DNA from: Octopus vulgaris
Taxonomy: Eukaryota
NCBI GenBank assembly: GCA_951406725.2
Contig: OX597826.1
Location: 77,996,001-78,060,000 of the forward strand
DNA: 64,000 nucleotides
Reading direction: 5' to 3'
The number at the start of each line of letters is the position of its first letter. Position 1 is the stretch's first letter. The notes below the pieces were generated by a model that had not been told where the DNA came from, did not search any database, and saw only the letters and a list, made by a program, of their open reading frames with translations. Shown piece by piece: positions 41,558-55,900 of this stretch. The translations under genes were made by a program, and so were the position numbers.

Positions 41558-42409
41558 AATATATGTATAAATTTATTTATATATAAATATCGACATTTAT
41601 ATTTATACATAGGTATGCATATATGTAAACACAAGTAAACACACACAAACACACACACACCCACACACACACACACACACACACACATATGCTTCATTAA
41701 ATACACGCTCAAGTTTTATCGGTTTTCTTTGCGATTCTTCATATTCTTTCTACTGACATTATACAGTTGGTTTGAAAGAAAACAGTTTTTAAGTCCGTAT
41801 CCAACGTTTCCCAGACATTTCACGTGGCCACTGACATAAAAAGAAAAAAACAGAACGTAACTGTCAAAATTTCAGCTCGACAAACACTTCAGCACATAAC
41901 TGCTGCTACTGAAGCTAACGTTACAAAGTCCCTTGGCGCGAAGTTTAGCTCAAGTTCAACCAATAAGCAAAGTGTCTAGTAGTCTATGTTTGTTGTTAGT
42001 TTGAATGTCCTTTTTGGAATTAGCGCTGTGTTACTGATACTATTTTGTAGCTATAAGCTGTCATTATTTGTTTAATCTGATGTATTTACTTGTAATAATT
42101 TGGTGGATTCTCAGGCAGCGTTTATATTTCTAATGCAATAGACACTGCTGGATTAAATGGTAGTGCCCAGGTGTCGAAACCACAGTGACATCTGCTTGGG
42201 TAGCTGATGATGGGAATGCACGTCTGTCATACTCGATTGTAAATTTGTTATATTTAGTTTCCTTATTCTTGGTTGTCATTTGTGGGGATGGGTTGTTTTG
42301 GTATTGTTTGCTATTCTTCATAGGTAACTTAATTTGGCTTGGACAATGCTTAAGTGTTGGTATCTAGTTTTCGGACGTTCACTGGCAGATAATTAAGAAC
42401 ATAATTGCC

Positions 42410-42580
42410 CGTGGGTGCAAGTCGATGACATCGAACCCCAGTGCTCAACAGCTATTCATTTTTTCGTCTCCGAAAGGTTGAAAGGCAAAGTCGACTCCAG
42501 CGGCATTTCAACTTAATATCAGATTAAATGTCGCCATGCATCTTGCCAGGCGCAGCAACGATTCTACCAGCTCGCCGCCT
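42410..42580 (-). mobile_element. SINE, family N
   Basis: GAAAGGCAAAGTCGAC..AACGATTCT.CCAGCTCGCCGCC. Confidence 0.75.
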
Positions 42581-42897
42581 TTTAGACACCAATTTGTTAT
42601 GGGGATAATTGTAATAATAGAACACCCCTCCCACATAACGAGTTATATGTTATAGTCATTATAAATACTGTCAGTCAGTGTCAGTATAATGTAGAGAGTA
42701 CAATATAGACGGTCATATATAGTCGTGGTCTTACTTGTCTAACTATACTGTTGTAGCGGAGTTGGTGTTATAACAGTCCGACAGAGGATTACTACACAAT
42801 TGTTTCGAATTCTTGTGAATGAGACTGCTTGGATATGTCGGCATGGGTGATAAATTGCGATTATAAATGTAAAGATTTTAGTTTCTAAAATACCGCA

Positions 42898-42977
<80 letters not shown>

Positions 42978-43790
42978 GGTGTATTTCGGGACGGTCATTT
43001 TTTTTCTTTTTTGCCAAATGAACACACGCACTATATATTCGTTCTTCCCTCGTTTATTACTGTTCTTATTCTAACTCATGTTCATTGTTCGAAAATCTTT
43101 CTTCACACATCTGTGACCGATTCAGAGACACTTTCTGTCTTTGTGTGTGCTCTTACACCGCTTATTCCATTCTGTTCATCTATGGTCTGTATCCTAATAT
43201 GCGCATGTGTTTGCGTCTGTCTGTGTGTATGTGCGAGCGTGTGTGTGATGGTTCTTAGAAGCACTATGACCCTCTCCTCAGCCCCTTCCCCTCCCCGTTG
43301 CCGCTGCTGCTGCCATTGTACCCGACTTTTGTTACCGTTTTTGTATCTCTGTGTTTGTGGAAGTTCTTGCTGCTGCCGCTGGTGTTGCTGTTGTCATTGG
43401 TCGTGTTGTTGATGTTGTTGGTGTCGTCTATGAGAGTACTGTATGTGTGTTTGTGTGTGTATATAGGTTCGCTTTCTATGTTGTTTGTATCCGTACGCTT
43501 TATACAGTTTTTTTTCCTTTTATTTGTCTCTATTTCTTATATTTATCTATTGTGTGTGTACTACAGTTTGTATCTGGAATTTTTTTCTCCTTTCTATCTT
43601 TAGTCCTCATGTCGTATGGTGTGGTGGTGGGTGTTACTATTCCATTCATGTTTTCTGTGGCGGCTCGGTCAGTCAGTTGCTATGTGTGTAGCCTCTGTAA
43701 ACTGTCTAAGTGTCGTGTCAGTTTTATGCGTTGATAATACCTTAACCTCTATAGTATTGACCGAGCCTCTATGTTCTGCTTGAGTATGTT

Positions 43791-43850
43791 GATAGAGCAC
43801 TGACGAGCCATTAGTGTACAACTATACGTTCCCCTACGGCGTGTGCTATC
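43791..43850 (+). ncRNA. Hammerhead remnant with GAAA/stem III deleted
   Basis: gatagagca-CTGACGA-gcc...ggc-G[deletion]-tgtgctatc. Confidence 0.4.
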
Positions 43851-44038
43851 TCTTCAATGTAAGTAGTTGACATGTTTCTGTTGTGTCTCTCCAATTCCGT
43901 AGGGTCGCACATGCGAGACACATTCCTCATTCTATGTATGTATATATATATATATATACATACACATAGGTATACATATGCATATATATACATTTACACA
44001 TTTATTTGTATATGTATATATATATATGTATGTATCTA

Positions 44039-44141
<103 letters not shown>

Positions 44142-44227
44142 GCGCACGCACATACGCAGATCTATTCTCACACAATCATACACATACACACACACACACA
44201 TATATATATTTATCTATGTATCTATTT

Positions 44228-44965
44228 ATGCCCTCAGCTGCGCGGATAGCTACCCTCGCTAGCTACGCAGATGATACGAAAGTCTCGCAGAAAATACAAA
44301 ACCCCAGCGATGTTTCATACCTGCAGCAGGAGTTGGACTCAATTTTCAGATGGGCCGAGGACAATAATATGCAGTTTAATGCTGAAAAATTCCAAGCGCT
44401 GCGCTACCAGCGTGCAAAACTGAATATAAAACTTACAGGGTACACTTGCCCACAGAGGATTACAATTCCAGAGCCTAAATCAGTGAGGGATCTGGGTATC
44501 GACATGAATTATGATACCTCTTTTCAAGTGCACATCACTAGGATGGCGACAAAGTGCAAACGAGTGGCTGGATGGATTCTGAGAACGTTCGGAACCAGAG
44601 AAAAAGAAACCACGATGGTCCTCTGGCTGACATTCGTCTTCAGCCGCCTGGACTACTGCTCACAGCTATGGTCACCCACCAGTGTGAAACTAACAGCGGA
44701 CCTTGAAGCAATCCAGAGAAGATTCACAAAGAAGATCGTCTCTTTGCAACAGCTCAGCTACTGGGAAAGGTTGAAATAGCTAAGACTCTTCTCTCTGGAG
44801 CGAAGACGGGAGAGGTATGCAGTAATATACATTTGGAAGATCCTGAAAGGAACTGTGCCAAATTTTGGCATTGAAAGCTACACTAATGCCAGAACGGGTC
44901 GACACTGCACAGTGCCACACATCCCAGCAATGCCATCACGCTTCAGGACCAGTTACTGCAACAGT
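44228..44965 (+). mobile_element. 5'-truncated CR1-group LINE ORF2 fragment (RT C-terminal part)
   Basis: [92 protein letters not shown]; one stop (44777-79), no frameshift. Confidence 0.93.
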
Positions 44966-45800
44966 CTTCCTCTCCTACGGTGGCCGCTACCTTCTGTCGT
45001 CTATTCTTTTAGCAATTCAACCCTAACTAAATAACCGCCACCCGTCGCTTTTTTTAATGAGTTGTTCTCACTCCATGTTTTTTTTCACTTTTGTTATATA
45101 ACATGCTCATGTTATCCGCATAAAAAGTACCAACCTTAAAATGTTATGTTTAGTACCATATATTGATTATATGCAGTGATTTATTTCCTTGTAGTACTTA
45201 CATGATTATGTCCAGATCTTTATGTACATAAGATTCACTCTAACAGTTATGTTTGATGAACGTTGTTCTATTAATTTATTGGACGTACGTGAAAATGTAA
45301 ACGATGGGGTTAAAATATTTGAAAACTCAATTAAACTTTACTGTGGTCGTTGTCCATACACTCAACCCACCTCAGATACTGAACAGCCAATGAAGAATAT
45401 ATTACTAACAGCTACGCTTAACCTCCCTCTTTCTCTCTCTATCCCTCCCTCTCTTTTTTTCTCTCTCGCTCCCTATTTATCTATCTATCTCACTTATATG
45501 TGCGCGCGTGTGTGTGTTTGTCTATGTGTGTCTCTATGGGTGCCTGAATATGCGATTATATGCATATATAAATACACATTTACAGATATACATAACTATC
45601 AATGTATTTATATATCTTATGTATACACTCACACACAAATACATCTACGAATATATATATATATAAATATATATATATAAATATATATATATATGAAAAA
45701 ACGGAGAAACAAGGAAAATGCCACTTATATTTGAACAGTATACAAATATTCTTTTAAAAAAACCTTTCTTTTAATTTTTCTAAATTTAATTATTTAATCG

Positions 45801-45844
45801 TTACAGTTGAAAAGGTCTCAAAATTACTGAAACCGGTACTGAAA
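45801..45844 (+). ncRNA. Degenerate type I hammerhead motif in a short insert between (TA)n tracts
   Basis: cag-TTGAAAA(mutated CTGAAGA)-ggt(ctcaaaatt)act-GAAA-CCGG-TA-ctg; palindromic ACCGGT. Confidence 0.5.
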
Positions 45845-45923
45845 TGATCTTTATAAAATTATTTTATCGTTTTCTATCTTGACTTGTTTTTTCATATATA
45901 TCAACTCGTGTGTTCCTTTTCAT

Positions 45924-45956
<33 letters not shown>

Positions 45957-45959
<3 letters not shown>

Positions 45960-46122
45960 GACAGGGTTCTTTCAGTTTCCGCCTACCAAATCCACTCACA
46001 AGGTTTTGGTCGGCCTGAGGCTCCTGTAGAAGACACTTGCCCAAGGTGCCACGCAGTTGGGATTGAACCCGGAACCAAGTGCTTGAGAAACAAGCTTCTT
46101 ACCACACTGCCACTCCTGCGCC
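45957..46122 (-). mobile_element. tRNA-derived SINE, family B
   Basis: Minus-strand head GGCGCAGGAGTGGCAGTGTGGTAAG..GGTTCAATCCC; GCACCTTGGGCAAGTGTCTTCTAC. Confidence 0.88.
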
Positions 46123-46603
46123 TATATATGTGTGTGTGTGTGTGCGTATGTATGTATGTGTGTGTCTGTGTGTGTGTGTGTGTGTGCTTATGTATGTATG
46201 TGTGTGAGAGTGTGTGTCTTTGTGTATGTGTGTTTTGCATATCACAGTCATTAGTACACAGGTACACTATCGTCAATACATGTTCATTAGGAATTTGATT
46301 TTTTTTGTGGCTTCCTATTATCGCTCTATGATCTCTCGTGCACGTGATAACAAACGAAGTGAATTATGAGGAAGGGAGCACTTCGTATTACCCCATTGAA
46401 AATTAGTTTTGTTGGTCGAGAGGGCTTAGGTCTTGGAGACAATACTGTCGTTAACTTTACAACAAATTCACACATTCTGATGATTACTCTACGTATGAAA
46501 GCGCTAAGTTAGCTTTATGTGCATTACAAAAGAAGTTTTCAATGTTAAAATATCATAATAATAAACGTGAAAACCAGATCATGTCTTAACTTTATTCAGC
46601 TGA

Positions 46604-46762
<159 letters not shown>

Positions 46763-46963
46763 GCATGTTTGTATGCATGTATGTATATGAATATACGAGC
46801 ATATACACCTGCACTTATATATGTATATAAATGCACGTGTTTGTGCGTATATGTATATATATATATATATAATAATAAATAAAACACATGCCTATACATG
46901 TTTTATTTATTATTTTGTTATTATATTATAGAACGCACGCATCCACTTCTAAGTAAGTTTTAT

Positions 46964-47005
<42 letters not shown>

Positions 47006-48023
47006 GCACACACAAATTTCTGTCTTCAGATGTGTATGTTATCCTTTTTCTCCCCCACAGATTTATATACATATGTGTACATATATGTATAACAAATGCG
47101 AATATATATAAATGTGGTTATGCGTATATACATGAGTGTGCGCCTGCTCGTGCGAGTGCGTCTAAATGCATTTGTATTCAGAATATTATCACACTACATG
47201 TACTATACACTCCCCTGCCACCACCACCCCTCAAAAAAATCCACGTGCATGCAATATAGTGCTCAGGCAGACGTGTCGAAAATAAGAATGCTAGAGAATG
47301 ATTTAGCAACACTGAATATAATGTGAACTTGTTAAGCATTTAAGTGAAACCTTTCATCAAATGTTAGCATAACTGACCCGAGAAAGGCATCGAAGATTGA
47401 AGATCAGATGCAATGCAAATAAATAAAGTAAACAACAGATCTAATAAAAGATTCAAGGAAACGCATTATTAAAAGAATTAGTTGCTAAGCAAATGTGCAA
47501 AACTCGCGAAATACCGAAAGAAAAACTGCAAACAATATAACGTTTAGAGAGAGATTTGCTTCTATGGCCTGAGTTTCCCTATAAACATCATATTACTGTG
47601 TTTCTATGTTCGTTTTTATTTGTTTCGGATTATGTATAATTTTTGTTGTTGTTGTTGTTGTTGTTGTACATTTGTGATGCTGAAGCAAAATAAAGAAACC
47701 AACTTGCCAATGTAGCCTTCCTTCGAAATGTTAGAAGTTCATGGTAAGCCTTAGTTAAAGTAGACTATTGATAGATGTGTGTGTGTGTGTGTGTGTGTAC
47801 ATATATACATACGCATACACACGCATGCATACATACACATGCATATACATATACGTGTATATATATACATATATTAAGAGAGAGAGAGATACACATATAC
47901 GGTAGGCATAATATATTTATTAGATATGTCTAATTGACTTTTGTTGTTTTTCCTGTCTTTTGATCTTCGATTTCTTTATATGGCACGCACACACACACAC
48001 ATATATACATATATATATATATG

Positions 48024-48057
<34 letters not shown>

Positions 48058-48075
48058 TGTATGTATGTATGTATA

Positions 48076-48470
48076 TAGCTTGTTTACCAACCACATGGTT
48101 CCGGGTTCAGTCCCACTGCGTGGCACCTTGGGCAAGTGTCTTCTACTATTGCCTCGGGCCGACCAAACCCTTGTGAGTGGATTTGGTAGACGGAAACTGA
48201 AAGAAGCCCGTCGTATATATGTATATGTATATGCGTATGTGTGTTTGTGTGTCTGTGTTTGTCTCCCCAACATCGCTTGACAACCGATGCTGGTGTGTTT
48301 ATGTCCCCGTTACTTAGCGGTTCGGCAAAAGAGACCGATAGAATAAGTACTGGGCTTACAAAAGAATAAGTCCCGGGGTCGAGTTGCTCGATTAAAGGCG
48401 GTGCTCCAGCATGGCTGCAGTCAAATGACTGAAACAAGTAAAAGAGTAAAAGAGTAAAAGAGTAAAAGAG
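48076..48470 (+). mobile_element. SINE, family B, long form with (GTAAAAGA)n tail
   Basis: GGTTCAGTCCCACTGCGTGGCACCTTGGGCAAGTG..GAGTGGATTTGGTAGACGGAAACTGAAAGAAGCCCGTCG..GCTCCAGCATGGCTGCAGTCAAATGACTGAAAC plus 8-bp tandem tail. Confidence 0.9.
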
Positions 48471-48499
48471 TATATGTATATGTATGTATGTATGTATGT

Positions 48500-48647
<148 letters not shown>

Positions 48648-49009
48648 GTAGGTAGGTAGGTAGGTAGGTAGGTAGGTAGGTAGATAGATACAAGGTCTTG
48701 GTAGGGTTGGCGTATATTTATTATTGTATTATATTTGGATTATATATGATTTTTTCTTTTATTTCTTTCCAGTTTCAGTCCGAGGATTGCGGCCATGCTG
48801 GGGTACTGCCCGTTGCTTTGTTATGCTTTCACTAAAACCTCCTTTGATATGTGGCTTCTCGTGAATGAGAGAGTTTAACATTGCTACCTTCGTCTGTGTT
48901 TCTTGCTTTGGGGTAGGTTAATCCGGAACCCTTGCAGAACAACGTCGGAAAATTAAACCCGATTTCCATATATACAACTAAATATAATAAACGCTCATGC
49001 AGAGATAAA

Positions 49010-50010
49010 TAAAGATGCCCATTGATGAACCACTTTTGTACGATTAGAAATCTTGTACATAAATGCACCGTACACACAAAGACAGGACTGTACGTTCACA
49101 GAGGGGCATCGGCTGTTTCATTCAAGAATCGTTACTGCAGCTTCAAGAAAATCATTAAGAGACATTCAACATCTTTGGCCGATTTTGTGTGGCGACTTAA
49201 GGAAGATACAACTAAGTATAAAATAACTTAGTCCATAGTAAGGCAGGCAAACTACAATATCATTTCCAGAGATATCGACTCTTCTCCGAGTAATACCTGT
49301 CTATTCTGTGGACCAATGAGAAGAAAGATCGTTCAGAGAATTTCTGAACGACTTTCAGATGCTTACATGCATATTAAAGCACTTTCGCGCAATACAGTGG
49401 GAATGAATTTGAGAAACTGTTAACCTAATTAATTATCATAATTCATCTTAAGGTATGGATGAATTAAATTTAGTTTTAACCTCCCCGTTCTTATAAACAC
49501 CAAGTAGCTATTTAATTCGCTATGTGAAGATATGTAAACCTCAAGTAGATGCTTGCATGAGAGAGTGTACATGTGCCATACAGCCTACGCAGGGGCGTTT
49601 ATGCATCCATATCCGTTAACGGTTATGTTTAATACTTTTCTAGCCAAATTGAGTGTTCGTTTCTTTTTTTATGCATCAGTTATTTTTTTTATTATTGATC
49701 TTCTGTATAAATGAAGCTACATTCTTTAGTCTTCTGCTTTTCTTTACACACACTGAGAAGATATTTTGCAGAACTGCTATTTTGACGAGTTATATACTGT
49801 TATCACCGGAAAAGACACATCTACACTGTTGAATGATCTTGAACCAGTTGTTAAGTATTCAACCTGTGAGGGATCGATGTATGATGGATCGAAACAATTG
49901 TAGTGATTAATAAAAATCCTCGTATCTTCTATATTCACAGCGAACACTGTGATAGTGAACGTGCTTTGCCAGTAACCTACCAGTTATAAACCACTCGATC
50001 TGTTATTTAG
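49010..50010 (+). mobile_element. 3' part of a PLE: GIY-YIG endonuclease remnant plus 3' region with hammerhead, ending at (TA)n
   Basis: RCPLMNHFCTIRNLVHKCTV..YVHRGASAVSFKNRY..HSTSLADFVWRLKED..YKIT*SIVRQA, cf. CPL.G.CL...VY...YIG....FK.RY..ST.LS..IW.LK...W.I. Confidence 0.8.
49859..49906 (+). ncRNA. Degenerate hammerhead motif at the PLE 3' end
   Basis: tcaac-CTG-TGA(1-nt deletion)-gg-gatc...gatc-GAAA-CAATTG-TA-gtga; palindromic ACAATTGT. Confidence 0.55.
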
Positions 50011-50038
50011 TATATGTACATATCTATATCTATCTATC

Positions 50039-50070
<32 letters not shown>

Positions 50071-50188
50071 ACATACATAAATACACACACAGACACACAG
50101 CGATAGATATAAATATATACAATATATTTGCATATGTGTGTGTGTATGTATATATAGATGTATATATGTATATATACGTATAAAAACG

Positions 50189-50220
<32 letters not shown>

Positions 50221-50231
50221 CATATATATAT

Positions 50232-50314
<83 letters not shown>

Positions 50315-50449
50315 AACTCACACGTGCGTGTACGATGATATTTACCATATTCGTGTTCACCTGAACGCAGCAAGGTCTTTTGCAACGGAACATAGATGAC
50401 ATGTGTGAAAACCTGTCTTTGAGTTATGTACGATGCCATCATATCGTAG

Positions 50450-50488
50450 GACGCACATGTTTCTGCCTCATTACGCTTCATCGGCTTC
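50450..50488 (-). ncRNA. Degenerate hammerhead motif
   Basis: gaag-CCGATGA-agc(gtaatgag)gca-GAAA-CATG-TG-cgtc; palindromic ACATGT; GUG triplet is not expected to cleave. Confidence 0.4.
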
Positions 50489-50667
50489 GAACACCAACTC
50501 AGTCTTCCGCTGCTTTGTAAAAACGATTGTTTTGTGTATCAGAAACGCAAATGAGACTTTCGCTGAGGTATGGAAAGCTGGTTAATCTGAAATTGACTGG
50601 AGGTGCGCGAAGCAATCTTCAATGAAATATAGATAGACAGACAGACAGATGGATATATAGATAGATG

Positions 50668-50753
<86 letters not shown>

Positions 50754-51414
50754 GAGATATAAGTACACATACATACTTCTAAACATACACATGTCTGTGT
50801 GCATGTATGTGTATGTGTGTGCGTGTGTGTACAAACACACACCTATAAGTGACAGATAGACAGACAGACAAACAAAATTATACATTTCCGCTTAAATGCG
50901 CGCACATAATAGCACAATTCGGTTAATTGCATGCCGAAGCAATTCTTGTTTTCGCTATTTGCATTATACTATCCAAATTATGAACAAAAAATATTGATGA
51001 AACGAAGCATATAATTGAACATTTTATTTGATATAAATAAAGAGATTCACTAAGCTTCCGTTTGTCTGATAAGTCTTTTATGACAGTAGTTAGTACTTCA
51101 TATTTACACACAACTGTTGTCAACTCACTCCAGTGTAGTCAAGTTATTCACTTCAACGAAGAAAAGCGATTGTTCTTCAGATTTCTGTACAATATATGTT
51201 ATGTTTAACTGGGCTATACATTCCTTTAATAAATATTTCTTCATTATAGATAGTAAGCATATGTGCAAAACAAAAAACAGAGAATGGTGCTTTTGTCTCA
51301 GTGGGTGAATGGGCGCCATTATCTTGTATTCATTAACGATTAGATTAACCCGTGATTAACGGAAAACATCTTTGGAAAATTTGTGTGTTTCTTATTACAA
51401 AGCAGAGACGCAGG

Positions 51415-51690
51415 CACGGCAACTTGAGCAAGTGTCTTTATGATAGCCACGAGCCGACCAAATCTTTGTGAGTGGGTTTCGTGGACGAAAACTGTAAAAA
51501 GTCTATCGTGTATAATGCGTGTGTATGTGTGTGTGTGCGTATGTGTCTGTCTGTGTCTCTGTCTATGTCTGTGTGCCTGGCTGTTCGGCAAAGGAGATTG
51601 ATAGAATAAGTACACGGCTTAAAAGAAGAAACTCTGGAACCGATTCATGGCCGCAGTCTAATGACTGTAACAAGTGGAAGATGAAAGACA
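51415..51690 (+). mobile_element. SINE, family B, degenerate
   Basis: CTTGAGCAAGTGTCTT..CCGACCAAA..TTGTGAGTGG..GATAGAATAAGTAC..CATGGCCGCAGTCTAATGACTG. Confidence 0.75.
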
Positions 51691-52648
51691 AAACCATATC
51701 GTTGTAGGGCAGTCATGATGAGGATGCTTTATACGGATGCAGCATTGATATTTAAAGGATACCAAAGGGACTTGAGGAAGCTCACAAGGGATAAGTCAAA
51801 CGAGTTTGCCACCATTTTATATCAAGAAAATATTAACCCGAACCGGATTAAACCTGATCAAATTATGTATTAACCTAATTAAATTATGTATTAACACAGA
51901 CTACTGAAATGAAACACAGTGGATTCTGGTTCTTTTTTATTTCATATCATCGGATATATACAGCGATTATTATAAGCGTTATGCACTGGAGTCATATCAA
52001 AATTTCGTAATTAGTCGCTCACAATTTATTTTCGGTTAATATCTTATTCTAGTTAACTGTTTAAGAATTCCATTCCCCGTTCCGATATAATGCAATCTAT
52101 ACATATACACACACACACGCATACACACACACATACACACACATGCACACACATACATATACATATATATATATATATATATATGTGTACACACACATAT
52201 ATATACATATATATGTGTGTGTGTGTGTGTATGCGCTGCGCACAGACAAAAACACAAAACACACAAGCATACACATAAGCACGCACACACACACACTCAC
52301 ACTAAGGAGAATATAGTGAATATGGTTTATTACATTAATTTACAATTGTTTCATGGGAATTTTGAACTCATGTGTTTTGTTGTATTATGCAAAAATATAT
52401 ACAACTAAATGAAGTTGTGTGTGTTTATGCGTGTGTCTGTATGCGCGTGTGCCAGTGTGTGTGTGTGCATCATCCCACAAGCTACAAACATACTTTCCTT
52501 CTAACATCTATATGTTAACGTCTTACACAGCTATTTCTAGACTTACCTACACCACAAGTAATTATCTTTCAGCAAACCTCCACCTAACCTCCACTCAATG
52601 AAACAACTTACCAAAGAATATATAAAACGGAAGATCCCAACTAAAGCA

Positions 52649-52690
52649 CAGTCTGATGAGCGTGAGCTAGCCGAAACTTCGAACTCACTG
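52649..52690 (+). ncRNA. Type I hammerhead motif (ACTTCGAAGT family)
   Basis: cagt-CTGATGA-gcgtgagctagcc-GAAA-CTTCGAAC-TC-actg; intact core, 4-bp stem I, weak stem II. Confidence 0.6.
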
Positions 52691-52788
52691 GTGAACATTC
52701 CTTCTCCTTTATTCCTATATGCATATAAACTTATATGTTTATATAAGTGTGCGTTTATCAATCTGTGTGTGTATGCATGCATGAATAT

Positions 52789-52858
<70 letters not shown>

Positions 52859-53544
52859 ACGTATGTGTCTAGATAGATAGATAGAAATGTATGTGTTCAT
52901 ATATATATATATGCACGTGTGTGAATACATCAGTGAGAGAAACACCCACACACGCATGTTTACATGGACATAATCTATAGAATTTTCGGAGATTTTGATA
53001 CATGTAAATCACTTAACAATATATTCCAGTAAACATGGAAAGAGATAGACAAAGACGTCAAAAGAATCAAAGCCACTGGCGTGAAGGCAACCATGTAGCC
53101 TTAGTTACCGAACATCATTCCAATATCTATTACATAAAATGCATGTGATACCGTATTGTTTTGCAGTATTACATTCAGTACATAAGAACTGAAAGTTGAA
53201 CAGGAATGCTACTCCACAGTCACCACGCCCACTATACGCACAATCAAATGTTTTATCTTTAAGGAAAACGACACAGACGTATTTAAATAGATTTCTTCAA
53301 ATATGTGCGTAGGTGAACTTCTGTGCGTGTAATTATTAAAATCAAAAAAAATTTGTTCTTAAGTTCAGCTTGTTCATAATTTTAGTTTCTTAAGTTTAGG
53401 CGAATTGTGTCTTTGAAAGTAGAAGCTTTGATACATTGATAACAGAATATCTCACTATCTCTGGCTTAATTGGAGGCTAGAGAAGACGAAAAACGTAGCT
53501 CAATCAATGAACACCTATATATGTATATATATACATATATATAT

Positions 53545-53790
53545 TTAAAATTAAATAAGGGTAGAAATTGATATTAATCAATTAAAACCAGTGGTCTAGC
53601 ATATTTTTTTAAAATCCGAAGATTAAATTTTTTTTTATTTTTACATACAAAATTTAGAGGACTGACCACTAAAAGTAGACAGCCCCTATGCTTGATATAG
53701 ACGTCAAAATTGCCATTTTCCACGAAGAATGTGTTCTCAAGAAAAAAAAATCAGCAAAAATCCAAAGTGTAAAAATAAGCAAGTGTAAAA
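53545..53790. repeat. Dispersed repeat in (TA)n; same family as both arms of 20161-20470
   Basis: Shared CAATT.AA.ACCAGTGGTCTAGCATATT and ACCACTA..TATGCT.GA..CCAC.AAGAAT..TTCTC.AGAAAA. Confidence 0.7.
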
Positions 53791-54039
53791 TATATATATA
53801 TATATATATATATACCTATTATATACATTATATTATTTTTGTAATTTACTCAATCTTTACTTTTTAATTGTTATTTTAATTTTAATATTTCTATTATATG
53901 TAATTTTCTAGATGCTGTACTTTAATTATTCCTTTTGAATTGATAAAATATGTTTTTTTTTCTAATATTTTATATAAATATATATATATATATTAACGTT
54001 TGTTTCCATGTTCCGTTATAATAAAATCAATTTTACATT

Positions 54040-54890
54040 ATTCTGATGGGTTACCCTATACTTTTGTAGAGTGCAGATATATTTTTCTGAAACAAGAATA
54101 TTGTTGACAGTGACTTCAGAATTTCTCCCAGCTAAGCCATCTTAAGACTGCAGCACCGTCGTATTACATAACTACCCAGAATTTCCCATTCTTTTGCTAA
54201 GTGAAAATTCTTCGATAATAACAACATGACGGTAATGGTGAATAGTATTCTATTTAATTTCCATTGGTCATCTAATACGATGTAGTTTAATAATTCGTAC
54301 TTTGAAAGACGTGTTCTACACAGGGAAATAAGTATCAATCAACAAAGCATACTATATTTCTTGGCTTTTAAAGAAAATCACACACTATACTTAATTTTAT
54401 AGAGAAGATCACTATCCAGGTACAGCCATATAAAAAAATAATCACCCCATACAAATGAAACCAAGCCATGTATTTGAAACGCGAAAGAAGGAATCTTTCC
54501 TGTGTAAGCATATAGAGAGTATCTCTCTTCTTCAATTTAAGACATTTATTAGTGCGGTAATATTCTCTATTTTCACTACAAATTGTATGAAATTTCCTTG
54601 CCATTATGCAACTTAGATTTCTCTTCGAGACAAAATTGATTCCTTTGTCGTTATGATTCTATATATATTGGACAATGATGCCGATTAAATTATATTCTAG
54701 AAGTTGAATAAATGAATAATTTATGTAAAACGAGCTTTCAAGGTGTTTTCTACGAACCCTAATAGCATTTCAGTGACAGTTGCTGCATTTGCCATTTCAC
54801 CTTTGATAGGTATAATATCTCCAAGTAGTGTAGTTCACGTAGAGCTTCACTCGCCAATATGTAGTGCATAGATTTTCTTTCCTATTTGAA
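54040..54890 (-). mobile_element. 3' part of a decayed PLE (GIY-YIG remnant plus hammerhead-bearing end)
   Basis: Minus strand: PIKGE, Y*GS..ENTLKARF, FCLEEKI; hammerhead-like gcagt-CTTAAGA..GAAATTCTGAAGTC-actgt at 54107-54151. Confidence 0.6.
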
Positions 54891-54903
54891 ACAAAAGGAA
54901 AGC

Positions 54904-55086
54904 ACAGGTATAGAGATACATATACACCGGCACATACAAACATTTATGCACTCGTACTTACACATTCCACACCCCCACCATATATATATATATATATATT
55001 TTATATACATTCTTGACGTCTTATTTTACATGCTGTTCTGGTGGGCTTCGTGAGATATTATTCCCAATAAATAAATATATATACAA

Positions 55087-55129
<43 letters not shown>

Positions 55130-55414
55130 CGTGCGTGTGTGTGTGTGTGTGTGTGTGTGCGTGTGTGAAGTATATTTGCCACTTAAATGTGGCTAACTAC
55201 TAAGGGTGGATGCTACTGTAGCTTGTAGCCCCAGGAGAACAGGTATAGAGATACATATACACCGGCACATACAAACATTTATGCACTCGTACTTACACAT
55301 TCCACACCCCCACCATATATATATATATTTATATACATTCTTGACGTCTTATTTTACATGCTGTTCTGGTGGGCTTCGTGAGATATTATTCCCAATAAAT
55401 AAATATATATACAA

Positions 55415-55450
<36 letters not shown>

Positions 55451-55758
55451 ATATATGCGTGCGCGTGTGTGTGTGTGTGTGTGTGTGTGCGTGTGTGAAG
55501 TATATTTGCCACTTAAATGTGGCTAACTACTAAGGGTGGATGCTACTGTAGCTTGTAGCCCCAGGAGAACAGGTATAGAGATACATATACACCGGCACAT
55601 ACAAACATTTATGCACTCGTACTTACACATTCCACACCCCCACCATATATATATATATTTATATACATTCTTGACGTCTTATTTTACATGCTGTTCTGGT
55701 GGGCTTCGTGAGATATTATTCCCAATAAATAAATATATATACAAATATATATATATGT

Positions 55759-55822
<64 letters not shown>

Positions 55823-55900
55823 GTGAAGTATATTTGCCACTTAAATGTGGCTAACTACTAAGGGTGGATGTTACTGTAGCTTGTAGCCCCAGGAGAACAG
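54904..55900. repeat. Near-identical tandem triplication of a ~330-bp unit (starts at 54904, 55239, 55569)
   Basis: Copies differ almost only in (TA)/(TG) lengths. Confidence 0.96.
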
